From Acidimicrobiia bacterium (lineage in GTDB: Bacteria; Actinomycetota; Acidimicrobiia; Spongiisociales; ZC4RG35): a stretch of DNA of 64,000 nt. Location: NCBI GenBank assembly GCA_026002975.1, contig BPGJ01000009.1, positions 48,105 to 112,104 of the forward strand, in the 5' to 3' direction. The notes beneath the pieces were generated by a model. It was not told the origin of the DNA, did not search any database, and saw only the letters and a list, made by a program, of their open reading frames with translations. The position numbers and the translations under genes are program-made. Each line of letters starts with the position of its first letter. Within the stretch, counting starts at the first letter, position 1. Shown piece by piece: positions 50,250 through 59,258 of this stretch.

Positions 50250-51745
50250 ACTCTGAGGGAGTTCTCGTCGCCCGGGGGATCTCCAAAACGTACCCGGGAG
50301 TGCGTGCCCTCGTCGGTGTCGACCTCACCGTCGGTGCCGGCGAGGTGCACGCGCTCTTGGGCGAGAACGGTGCAGGAAAGTCCACCCTGATGAAGATCAT
50401 GGCTGGATCGGTCGTGCCCGATGCCGGAGAGCTGCGTCTCGTCGGCAAGGTCATTCCCTTCGGATCACCCGAGGCGGCGCGGGCGGCGGGTGTGTCCATC
50501 GTCTATCAGGAACTGAGCCTGGTCCCCACCCTCACCGTTGCCGAGAATGTGATGCTGGGCCGCTGGCCCACACGGTGGGGGGTGGTGGCATGGGACGAGC
50601 TCCGCGACGCGGCCGTGGGCTACCTTCGCCGAGTCGGGCTGGAAATACCCCCCGAGACCCGAGTGGCGGAGCTGGGCATGGCGGAACGTCAACTGGTGGA
50701 GATAGCCAAGGCGCTGTCGGTCGATCCCGTTGTGCTGCTGCTTGACGAGCCCACCTCGGCGTTGTCGGAGGGCGAGGCTAGGAGGCTGTTCGGCATCATT
50801 CGGGATCTCACCGCTACGGGGGTGGCGGTGATCTATGTGTCGCATCGGCTGGGCGAGGTCGTGCAAATCGCGGATCGAGTGACCGTGCTGCGCGACGGAC
50901 ACCTGGTCGCAACTCGTTCCATCGAAGAGGTGACCGAGGCGGAACTCGCCCGCATGATGGTGGGCCGGGAGGTGCATGGTCCTCGAGTAGCGGCCGCCCG
51001 TGTCTCCTCCCGTACCCAACACGCTCCGGCGTTGAGGGCGCAGAGGCTCGGGCGGCCCCCAAGGCTCAGAGACATCCATCTGGAGCTTTACGAGGGGGAG
51101 ATAGTCAGCGTATTCGGCCTAGTCGGCTCGGGCCGATCCGAGTTGGCCCGGGTCCTCTTCGGGCTGGACCCTCCTACGACCGGTACCCTCGAGGTGATGG
51201 GGCGGAGCGTGCAGCTTCGCTCACCCGCGGACGCCATAGCCCTGGGCATGGGATATGTCGCCCCTGATCGGGCGTTGGGAGTCGTACCGCTGCTCTCGGT
51301 GGCCGCCAACATCACCTTGGCCGCCTTCTCCAAAGCAGGCAAAGGGCCGTTCATCGACCAGCAGTGGGAAGAAGAACAGGCGAGCCGCTACATCGAGGAG
51401 CTCGACATCAAAGTGCAATCTCCTTACCGGCCTGCCGGGGGGTTGTCGGGCGGTAACCAGCAGAAGGTCATCCTCGGCCGCTGGCTCTGTTCTGGGGCTC
51501 GAATCCTCATCCTGGACGACCCCACCCGAGGAATCGATGTGGGCGCGAAGGAGGAGGTGTTTCGGTTGGTGCGCCGCCTGGCGGAAGACGGTGCTGCGGT
51601 GTTGTACGCCACCTCCGAGATTTCCGAGGCTCGGGTTCTCGGTAATCGCATCCTGGTGATGTCAGCGGGCACCATCGCCACCGAATTGGAACCGGAGACC
51701 GAGGAGGCCGAGATCATGGCAGCGGCAGGAGGTGTCCGTGGCTGA
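50246..51745 (+). CDS. Sugar ABC transporter ATP-binding protein (duplicated ABC domains)
   Basis: 499 aa. Walker A GENGAGKST and a second-domain signature LSGGNQQK. GTGA overlap with the SBP gene. Confidence 0.9.
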   Translation: MNSEGVLVARGISKTYPGVRALVGVDLTVGAGEVHALLGENGAGKSTLMKIMAGSVVPDAGELRLVGKVIPFGSPEAARAAGVSIVYQELSLVPTLTVAENVMLGRWPTRWGVVAWDELRDAAVGYLRRVGLEIPPETRVAELGMAERQLVEIAKALSVDPVVLLLDEPTSALSEGEARRLFGIIRDLTATGVAVIYVSHRLGEVVQIADRVTVLRDGHLVATRSIEEVTEAELARMMVGREVHGPRVAAARVSSRTQHAPALRAQRLGRPPRLRDIHLELYEGEIVSVFGLVGSGRSELARVLFGLDPPTTGTLEVMGRSVQLRSPADAIALGMGYVAPDRALGVVPLLSVAANITLAAFSKAGKGPFIDQQWEEEQASRYIEELDIKVQSPYRPAGGLSGGNQQKVILGRWLCSGARILILDDPTRGIDVGAKEEVFRLVRRLAEDGAAVLYATSEISEARVLGNRILVMSAGTIATELEPETEEAEIMAAAGGVRG

Positions 51746-52775
51746 AGTCGCCCGCATTCCACTGACCGAGACCGAGAGGCGGAATCGTTTCGCCTGGCTG
51801 CTCACCTCCGCCGGGGGAAGAGGTGGAGCCCTCCTCATTCTGATCCTCTTGGCCGCCGTTTTCGCGGTTTTGGCGCCCAACTTCCTGACCAGCCGCAACC
51901 TGCTCAACATCCTTCGGCAATTCGCGGTGCCGGGGATTCTCGCCATCGCCCAGACCCTGGTGATCGTCACCGCCGGCATCGACCTGTCGGTGGCGGCCAC
52001 CGCGGCCCTGTCCGGAAGTTTGCTAGCGGTCAGCTATGCCCACTGGGGGGTGCCGGAACCGGTCGCCTGGTTGATCGGTCTGGGTTCCGGACTGGTGGTG
52101 GGAGCGGTAAACGGTTTCGTGATCCGCTATTGGCGAGTGCCGGACATCATCGCCACTCTGGGAACCTTCTCGGCGGTGCGAGGGGTCGCTTTGCTGGTCA
52201 CCGGGGGTTTGCCGGCGCCCAGCTTCGCTCGGGTGGTGGAGGGCCGAAGCCTCCCCGAATCGGTCAACACGGTTGGAGCCGGCTCCCTCGGCCCGATCCC
52301 GATTATCGCTCTGGTGGCAGGAGTGGTGGCCCTGGCGGGTGGCCTGGTTCTGCGACGAACCAAGCTCGGCCGAGCCGCGATGGCGGTGGGGGGCAACCCG
52401 GTAGCCGCGCACGCCTCGGGAATCTCGGTGGGTCGCACCAAGTTCTGGATCTACGTTCTCTCCGGTCTCATCTCGGCTTTCGCCGGGATCCTGTTGGCCG
52501 GTCGTCTCTCCAGTGCCAACGCCCTGATGGGTGAAGGGATGGAGTTGCAGTCGATCGCCGCGGTGGTTGTGGGTGGCACCAACCTATTCGGGGGCGAGGG
52601 CACGGTCGGCGGAACCGTGATCGGCATCCTCATCATCGGGGTGTTGTCCAACGGGCTCAACATTCTCGGCGTTGCCGAGTTCTGGCAACGGGTCTCGAAC
52701 GGGCTGATCATCGTGGCAGTGGTGGCCCTCGACCAGTGGCGCCGTCGGGCGGGCACCCGGGGAGGTCGGCTGTGA
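51732..52775 (+). CDS. Sugar ABC transporter permease (RbsC/BPD_transp_2 type)
   Basis: 347 aa with ~10 TM segments. Overlaps the ATPase gene end. Confidence 0.85.
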   Translation: MSVAEVARIPLTETERRNRFAWLLTSAGGRGGALLILILLAAVFAVLAPNFLTSRNLLNILRQFAVPGILAIAQTLVIVTAGIDLSVAATAALSGSLLAVSYAHWGVPEPVAWLIGLGSGLVVGAVNGFVIRYWRVPDIIATLGTFSAVRGVALLVTGGLPAPSFARVVEGRSLPESVNTVGAGSLGPIPIIALVAGVVALAGGLVLRRTKLGRAAMAVGGNPVAAHASGISVGRTKFWIYVLSGLISAFAGILLAGRLSSANALMGEGMELQSIAAVVVGGTNLFGGEGTVGGTVIGILIIGVLSNGLNILGVAEFWQRVSNGLIIVAVVALDQWRRRAGTRGGRL

Positions 52776-53788
52776 GCGAGGTGGGAGTGCTGGTAGTGGG
52801 AGTGGGTCGAGCGGGGATGGTACATGCCCGAAACTTCGCCGCCGGGGTGCCCGGAGCCCACCTGGTGGGAGTTTCCGACCCGAACGAGGAAGCTCGACAG
52901 CGGGCTGCTGATGAGTTGGGCTGCGTCGCCTTCGCCGATTTCGAAACCGCCGTACTCGATGAGCGTGTCGATGCGGTAGTGATAGCGTCACCCACCTTCA
53001 CCCACGCCTCGCTCGCTATCAGGGCCCTCGAAGCCCGCAAGTCTGTGCTCAGCGAAAAGCCCCTCGCTTCCTCCCTAGAGGAAGCCGCCGCCATCGCCGC
53101 CGCGGTGAATAACAGCGGCGCGGTGTTCATGATCGGATTCATGCGCCGCTTTGACCTCGGGTTCCGGCGCGCGGCTCAGCTGATCGAAGCAGGAGACATC
53201 GGCGAGCCGCTCCTCGTCCGATCCACCACTCGAGGACCCGGGCTCCCACCGTCTTGGGCGTGGGACGTCGAGCGTTCCGGAGGACTCGTGGCGGAGGTGA
53301 ACTCCCACGACCTCGACACGGTGCGATGGATGACGGGTCAGGAATACCTCACCGTCACCGCCGTAGGGCGAGCGGCTAAGCGTCCCGATCTGGCAGAACA
53401 GCACCCGGGGTTCGTCGACACCCTGGTAGTGCAGTGCGAGCTGGACGGGGGGGCGTTGGCCCACATCGACGGCGCCTGCCCTGCCACCTATGCCTACGAC
53501 GCACGGGTGGAGGTGTACGGGTCGGAGGGGGTTGTCTTCGCCGGCAGCCCGGTGGAAGGTCCGCTGCTCGTACGGAAAGGTCAGGCCCACCGCGACCCGG
53601 TGCCGGGATGGGCTCATCTCTTCGCTGCTGCCTACCGGAACGAGGACGCACATTTCGCCGCGGCCTGTCGAGGCGAAGCAGTGCCAATTCCTGGGATCAC
53701 CGACGGGATTCGCGCTCTGGAGGCGGCGGTGGCGATCAACCGGTCGTTGCGGGAGGGTCGGACTGTGGTGGTGAAGGAGCTGCGGTGA
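52772..53788 (+). CDS. Gfo/Idh/MocA-family NAD(P)-dependent sugar dehydrogenase
   Basis: ~338 aa. GVGRAGMVH Rossmann N-terminus and an EKP motif. GTGA overlap with the permease. Confidence 0.85.
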   Translation: MSEVGVLVVGVGRAGMVHARNFAAGVPGAHLVGVSDPNEEARQRAADELGCVAFADFETAVLDERVDAVVIASPTFTHASLAIRALEARKSVLSEKPLASSLEEAAAIAAAVNNSGAVFMIGFMRRFDLGFRRAAQLIEAGDIGEPLLVRSTTRGPGLPPSWAWDVERSGGLVAEVNSHDLDTVRWMTGQEYLTVTAVGRAAKRPDLAEQHPGFVDTLVVQCELDGGALAHIDGACPATYAYDARVEVYGSEGVVFAGSPVEGPLLVRKGQAHRDPVPGWAHLFAAAYRNEDAHFAAACRGEAVPIPGITDGIRALEAAVAINRSLREGRTVVVKELR

Positions 53789-54751
53789 GGGCGGTGCAGG
53801 TGGTGGCTCCCGGTGAAGTACACGTGGCTGAGCTTCCCACTCCCTTCCCACGACCCGGTGAGGTGCTCGTCCATCCTGTCTATGTGGGTGTGTGTGGTAC
53901 GGATAGGCGCCTTGCGGCGCGGGGGTGCCGGTTCGCCCCGGGTTCCCGGACACGAGATTGCCGGGCGGCTCGACGATGGAACGCCGGTGGGCGTGCACCC
54001 CGACATAGGTTGTAGCCACTGCACACACTGTGAGACGGGGTTCGAGAACCGCTGTCCCCACCGGATTTCCATAGGCCTCGACCGAGATGGCGGCATGGGG
54101 GAGGTAGTCGTGGTTCCCGAACGTCACGTCGTTCCTCTGGAGGGGGTTCCCCTGGAGGAGGCCGTCCTCTTGGAGCCGCTGGCATGCTGCCTGCACGCCA
54201 TCGACCTGCTTGCGGCCGAAAAGGGGGAGCTGGCGCTGGTCGTCGGGGCGGGAACGATGGGGATCCTAGGCATGTGGGCTTTGCAGGCCGAGGGAGTTCG
54301 GGTAGCCGTGGTCCAACGCTCGGAGCGGCGTCGTCGCCTGGCGGCCGAGCTGGGAGCGGACGTAGTGTTGTCGGCCGGGGACGACCCTCACTCCCAGCTG
54401 GGAGAGCGGCCTCGGCTGGCGTTGGTGACGGCTCCGGAACGGGCGGCGTTGGCATATGCCATGGAGGTCGTGGAGGTGGGTGGGCGGATCCACGCGTTCG
54501 CAGGGATGCCCGAAGGGGGGGAAGTGGACGCCAACCTCGTTCATTATCGCCATCTGCAACTGGTCGGCTCCACCGGCTCTCGCCTGACCGACTACCTCAA
54601 GGCTCGGCAGCTGGTGACGGAAGGCCACGTTTCGCTCGGTCGGCTTCCAGTTCATCGGCTTCCGTTGGAGGCGGCACCGGAGGCGGTCCTGAGACCGCGT
54701 GCGGACCGCCGAAAAGTGATCATCGACATCGGAGAGAGGGGAGAGTTATGA
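53785..54751 (+). CDS. Zinc-dependent alcohol/polyol dehydrogenase (MDR family), one frame break
   Basis: GVCGTD is in frame 1, then GHEIAG, CxxCxxC...C structural zinc and GAGTMG are in frame 2. The switch is at ~53905 (GATAGG), not at a homopolymer. Confidence 0.75.
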
Positions 54752-55308
54752 AGCCCAGCCTGGATCCGTTCACTGTCCTCATGGACCTGCAGACCGGCGC
54801 GTTGGATCCGACCGTGGAGACGGTTGAGCGCCGTCTCTCCGATATGAAAGGCATGTATCAGGTCGAGCCGGATGGTGACGACCAGGTGATCTACCGCGTA
54901 TTGCTCATCCCGGTGCCGGAGCGGAACTCGGAGATCCAGTGCTCGACCACCATCTTGGAGCCCGGGGTGGTGGGTGATGAGTATTACATGACCAAGGGCC
55001 ACTTTCACCAGGTGCGCGACCGCTCAGAGGTGTACATAGGACTTGCGGGGGAGGGGCTGCTAGTGATGGCCACCGAGCAAGGTGACCATGCCGTGGAGCC
55101 AATCCAACCCGGAACGGTCAACTACGTGCCCGGAGGTTGGGCCCACCGAAGCGTGAACACCGGTACCGAGCCGTTGGTGTTCTTCGCCGCATACGTCGGG
55201 GACGCCGGCCATGACTACGGCACTATCGAGACTCGCGGGTTCCCGGTTGTGGTGCTGCGGGGAGCCTCCGGCCCTCGGGTGGTGCCCAACCCTCGCTACC
55301 GGAGGTGA
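54748..55308 (+). CDS. Cupin-type phosphoglucose isomerase family protein
   Basis: 186 aa. Both cupin-PGI signatures are readable: TKGHFHQVRDRSEVY (TxGHxHx6ExY) and GTVNYVPGGWAHRSVN (Gx4VPx4Hx3N). Confidence 0.75.
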   Translation: MKPSLDPFTVLMDLQTGALDPTVETVERRLSDMKGMYQVEPDGDDQVIYRVLLIPVPERNSEIQCSTTILEPGVVGDEYYMTKGHFHQVRDRSEVYIGLAGEGLLVMATEQGDHAVEPIQPGTVNYVPGGWAHRSVNTGTEPLVFFAAYVGDAGHDYGTIETRGFPVVVLRGASGPRVVPNPRYRR

Positions 55309-55312
55309 ACAG

Positions 55313-56824
55313 TTGGCGGTCTTCGTCGGGTGCGACCTCGGCACGATGGGCACGAAGGCGGCAGTAGTCGACGTCGGCGGAAGGATCCTGGCTCAAGCCT
55401 TCGAGGAGGTGCCGGTGCACGCTCCTCGTCCGGGCATTGTTGAACAGGACCTGAACGAGATCGAACGCTCGGCTTTTCGCACCATCCGGGCAGCCCTGCA
55501 GCGAGCCGGGCAGCCATCCGCGGTAGCGGGAGTGGCGTTCTCGGGGCAGATGTCGGGCATCGGGACCATCGATGAGGAGTTTCGCCCCGCCACCCATTTC
55601 GACTCTTGGCTCGACTCGCGGTGTGCCCCATATATCCGGGCGATGGGTAGCAAAGCTGCTCGGGTGACCGAGGTGGCGGGATGCCCTCCCACCTATTCCC
55701 ATGGGCCGAAGATGCTTTGGTGGCAGCATGAGCGTCCCCAAGACTTCACGAGAGTGGCCAAGTTCGTGGTCCCAGGTGCGTACCTGGCTGGGAGGATGTG
55801 CGGTCTGTCAGCCGAAAACGCGTTCATCGACCGCACCTACCTACATTTCACGAACCTGGCGGACACCGCCTCCGCCCGCTGGTCAGACGAGCTGATCGAC
55901 GCATTCGGGATTGAGCGGTCGGTGCTTCCCCGCATCGTTGATCCACTAGACGTAATAGGGGAAGTCACCGCTGAGGCGGCCGCCGCCTCAGGCATCCCCG
56001 CCGGTACGCCGGTGGCGGCCGGTGCCGGCGACCAGGCCGCGGCGTCGCTAGGAGCGGGGGTGGCGGAACCCGGCCAAGCGTTCGACTCGGCAGGCACCGC
56101 AAGCGTCTTCGCGTTGTGTGTCGATCGCTTCGCCCCGGACATCGCCAACCAGACCTTCATGGCAACCAACTCAGTGATCCCGGGTGTGTACCTTTCGGTT
56201 GCGTTCGTCAACGGTGGTGGTCTGGGGCTGCGCTGGTTCCGGGATGAGGTGGCCAGGCTGGGGGACGACCCAGATGCCTACCGAAAACTCGACGATTTGG
56301 CGGCCGCGAGCGAGCCGGGGGCAGGTGGTCTTGTGTGGTACCCGCATTTTCAAGGAAGAGTGCTTCCCCCCGACCCGTACGCGCGGGGAGGCTGGCTGGG
56401 GCTCACCGCTGGACACCACCTCGGAGATCTGTTCCGAGCCATCCTCGAGGGCATCGCGTTTGAGTACGCCCGGTGGGCTCAGCTGATGGCCGAGCTGGCG
56501 GGGCGCCAGCCCGAGCAGGCACGAGTTTTGGGTGGTGGCGCCCGATCCCGGCTGTGGAACCAAATCAAGGCGGACGTGCTGGGCATTGACTGGGTGCCCA
56601 CTCGGCGTCAGGAGTGCGGAGTGTTGGGCGATGCCCTCATCGCGGCAGCCGCCACCGGCTATGTCGAGGTCGAGGAGTTGCCAGCGGTGGCGCAGTCGTG
56701 GCAGCAGACCGAGAAGCCCATTCGCCCTGATCCCGAACGTCACCGGCAGTACCGGCGTCTACTCGAGGCCTATCGGGAGCTGTCGGCGGCAGCTCCGTCC
56801 ATCTTTGAACGGTTGTCGGGATGA
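55313..56824 (+). CDS. FGGY-family carbohydrate kinase (xylulokinase-like)
   Basis: ~503 aa from a TTG 7 nt after a GGAGG. N-terminal VGCDLGTMGTKAAVVD and GAGDQAAASLGAG motifs. Confidence 0.8.
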   Translation: MAVFVGCDLGTMGTKAAVVDVGGRILAQAFEEVPVHAPRPGIVEQDLNEIERSAFRTIRAALQRAGQPSAVAGVAFSGQMSGIGTIDEEFRPATHFDSWLDSRCAPYIRAMGSKAARVTEVAGCPPTYSHGPKMLWWQHERPQDFTRVAKFVVPGAYLAGRMCGLSAENAFIDRTYLHFTNLADTASARWSDELIDAFGIERSVLPRIVDPLDVIGEVTAEAAAASGIPAGTPVAAGAGDQAAASLGAGVAEPGQAFDSAGTASVFALCVDRFAPDIANQTFMATNSVIPGVYLSVAFVNGGGLGLRWFRDEVARLGDDPDAYRKLDDLAAASEPGAGGLVWYPHFQGRVLPPDPYARGGWLGLTAGHHLGDLFRAILEGIAFEYARWAQLMAELAGRQPEQARVLGGGARSRLWNQIKADVLGIDWVPTRRQECGVLGDALIAAAATGYVEVEELPAVAQSWQQTEKPIRPDPERHRQYRRLLEAYRELSAAAPSIFERLSG

Positions 56825-57729
56825 CCCGCGTGGCCGTGAGTCCCCGCTCTTTCCGGCAGGTGGCGGGCCGTCATCAGCAGCTTCTTGGTGAGAGCGGTTT
56901 GGAAGTCCGATACCCGACCGTCGATCGGCACCTCACCGAAGAGGAGATGGTGGAGCTGGTGACCGGCTGCGAGGGGCTGATCGTTGGAATCGATCCTGTC
57001 ACCGCCCGAGTGCTCGACGCTGGCCCGCTGCGGGTTGTCGCAAAGTACGGGAGCGGACTAGACAACATCGACCTCGCAGCGGCACGGCAACGCGGTGTGA
57101 GGGTCGCCGCTGCTCCTGGAGCGAACTCCCAGGCGGTGGCGGAGCTGACTTTGGCGTTTCTCTTCGCCCTCGCCCGTCGGGTGGTCGCCCATCACCTCTC
57201 CGCCCTGCGGGGCGACTGGCAACGTCGTGTGGGAGTAGAGCTGAGTGGGAAGCGGCTGGGGGTGGTGGGTCTCGGTCAGATCGGTCAGCGGGTAGCGGCG
57301 ATGGCTCGCGGGGTGGGGATGGAGGTGGTGGCTCATGATCCCTTCAAGGACTCAGCGGAGGTGCCGCTGCTGGACCTCGACGACCTGTTGGCGTCGAGCT
57401 ACGCCGTGTCGTTACACGTTCCGCTCACCCCGGCTACCCGCGGGATGGTCGACGCAGCCTTTCTGGCTCGAATGCGGCCGGGTGGGATACTCGTCAACAC
57501 AGCCCGTGGGGGGTTGGTCGACCTCGACGCTGTGGTGGATGCGCTCCGCTCGGGACACCTGGCCGGGGTCGCTCTCGACGACTTCGACGAAATACCAGGA
57601 CCCGAGTCCCCCCTGTGGTCCTGCCCCGGCTTTATCGCCAGTCCTCACGCCGGGGCTTCCACGGTGGAGGCGGTAGAGCGCACCGGGGTTGCAGCGGTGC
57701 GGGTGGTCCTGGAGGTGCTGGGGAGATGA
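56821..57729 (+). CDS. D-isomer-specific 2-hydroxyacid dehydrogenase
   Basis: 302 aa. NAD motif GVVGLGQIGQRVA. Catalytic R/E/H pattern (NTARG, SPHAG). Confidence 0.85.
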   Translation: MTRVAVSPRSFRQVAGRHQQLLGESGLEVRYPTVDRHLTEEEMVELVTGCEGLIVGIDPVTARVLDAGPLRVVAKYGSGLDNIDLAAARQRGVRVAAAPGANSQAVAELTLAFLFALARRVVAHHLSALRGDWQRRVGVELSGKRLGVVGLGQIGQRVAAMARGVGMEVVAHDPFKDSAEVPLLDLDDLLASSYAVSLHVPLTPATRGMVDAAFLARMRPGGILVNTARGGLVDLDAVVDALRSGHLAGVALDDFDEIPGPESPLWSCPGFIASPHAGASTVEAVERTGVAAVRVVLEVLGR

Positions 57730-57752
57730 ATCGGTTGGGGGTCCATACGACG

Positions 57753-58361
57753 CTATCGCAGCGCGGCGACAAAAGCCCGGGCCCGCTGGCGGATCGCAGA
57801 ATGATCACCCGCCTCGATCAACTCGGCGGGAGCCAAGGAGGAGCCGGCATAGACCGCCATCGCGCCCGCTGCCAGATAGTCGGCGGCGTTCGCTTCAGTG
57901 ACTCCGCCGGATGGAATCAGCCGCAGGTCGGGGAAGGGTCCGGCCAGGTCCCGCAGGTAGGCGGGCCCTCCGATCCGGGCGGGAAACAGCTTCACGGCGG
58001 CCGCTCCAGCCTCCACGGCCGAGTGGATTTCAGTGGGAGTGAACCCCCCGAGGATGACGGGGACGTCACCCGCGATTTGCGACAGGCCGGGCAGCAGGGT
58101 GGGAGAAACCAAGAAGCGGGCTCCAGCGCCCAGTGCTTGGTCGGCCTGCTGCCGGGTGAGGACGGTTCCTGCTCCGACCACCGCTCCGCTGGCGGTGGCG
58201 GCGCGGATCACCTCGGCAGCGTCGGGGATGGTGAAGGTGAACTCCACGGTCCGGATCCCGGCCGAAGCGAGAGTGCCGGCCAGACCAGCGGGGTCGGGGA
58301 CCTGGCGAGCACGGATCACCGCTACCACCCGGTCGGTAGCCATCACGTCGAGCGGATTCAT
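57753..58361 (-). CDS. eda: KDPG/KHG-type class I aldolase
   Basis: 202 aa. VIRA..., GAGTVLT and VKLFPA (Schiff-base lysine) motifs. Confidence 0.8.
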   Translation of the reverse strand: MNPLDVMATDRVVAVIRARQVPDPAGLAGTLASAGIRTVEFTFTIPDAAEVIRAATASGAVVGAGTVLTRQQADQALGAGARFLVSPTLLPGLSQIAGDVPVILGGFTPTEIHSAVEAGAAAVKLFPARIGGPAYLRDLAGPFPDLRLIPSGGVTEANAADYLAAGAMAVYAGSSLAPAELIEAGDHSAIRQRARAFVAALR

Positions 58362-58393
58362 ATCGGCGAGGCTAATCAGAAAGGAGGTAGCCG

Positions 58394-58768
58394 ATGCGTA
58401 CCACGATCTTCCGGTTGGACGGTAGCCGCGTGGTCCCCGAGGTGCGACAGACCCCGGACTGGCAGCCCTATGCGGAATACGAGGGCCAACGCCTAGACGG
58501 AGTGAGGCTGTTCGAACTTCTGGCCGTTCCGAGTGCCGAACTGCAGCTGGTCGAGATCGCTGCCGGAGGAGGTTTCGTCATGCACTCCAGCCCGGATATT
58601 GCGTTCTGTCAGGTAGTCCGAGGGCGTGGGAAGCTAGGGTTGCCCGGCGGTACGGCTCTCGAATACCAGGGGCCCGAGCTGTATGTGTTTTTGCCGGGAA
58701 CCCTGCACGACTGGCACGAGATCGAAGAGGACACCTTGCTGGCGGTGTGTTTGGTGAAGCAGATGTGA
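58394..58768 (+). CDS. Cupin-domain protein
   Basis: 124 aa. Cupin-type pattern (GGFVMHSSPDI ... LPGTLHDWHE). Confidence 0.55.
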   Translation: MRTTIFRLDGSRVVPEVRQTPDWQPYAEYEGQRLDGVRLFELLAVPSAELQLVEIAAGGGFVMHSSPDIAFCQVVRGRGKLGLPGGTALEYQGPELYVFLPGTLHDWHEIEEDTLLAVCLVKQM

Positions 58769-58880
58769 TCGGCCCGTCTTCGATGCTTCGAAACTCATCG
58801 AGTAGCTGGGTTGAGTATCGTCACGTACGCATGTAATCCGATCGGCCTGTGCAGGCCGAGCCGGTATATCAGTGGGCAAC

Positions 58881-59225
58881 GCTGGCCCCCGCCGTTCGGT
58901 GCGCGAGGTCGGATTCGCCTGTCCTCCAGCGGGCGGAATTCGCCTTGAGGAGTCTGAGCCTGAACCTCCTTTCGGATAGACGTCACTGACCATCGACCAA
59001 CCGGCCCGGCGCGCCCGATCCAGCCGCTCCGGCTGCCTACGAGCGGGCACGGCAGTTGTCGCACTCGACCCTGTAGGAGTTGGCAGCCGTCTCGAACGCC
59101 AGATCGAGCAGGATGCGACCGTGGATCTCCGACCTCGGCGAACACGACAACGAACAGCGGCGGGGACGACCCCCGAGAGGGGGCCAGGAGGCGGCTTGGA
59201 CCGGGCGTCTCGAGGATGGGTCTAA
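58881..59225. repeat. Direct-repeat copy A (58881-59037 and 59171-59225, split by a ~133-nt insert)
   Basis: Aligns by eye at roughly 70% identity with 63065-63270. The best core is GTCTGAGCC..TGAACCTCC(T/C)TTCGG(A/G)TAGACG...AACCGGCCCGG. Confidence 0.65.
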
Positions 59226-59258
59226 AGCCCTAAACCGGGTCTGCCGATAGTCGATTTT

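Noticed and set aside
58940-58990. Repeat core (CUGAGCC...GAACCU...UAGAC) resembling the TPP riboswitch CUGAGA / GAACCUGA elements
   Set aside because: The P1-P2 GGGGUGC region and the CCAGCGUAGGGA 3' half are absent in both copies. The downstream genes are not thiamine-related. I treat it as an unclassified repeat.
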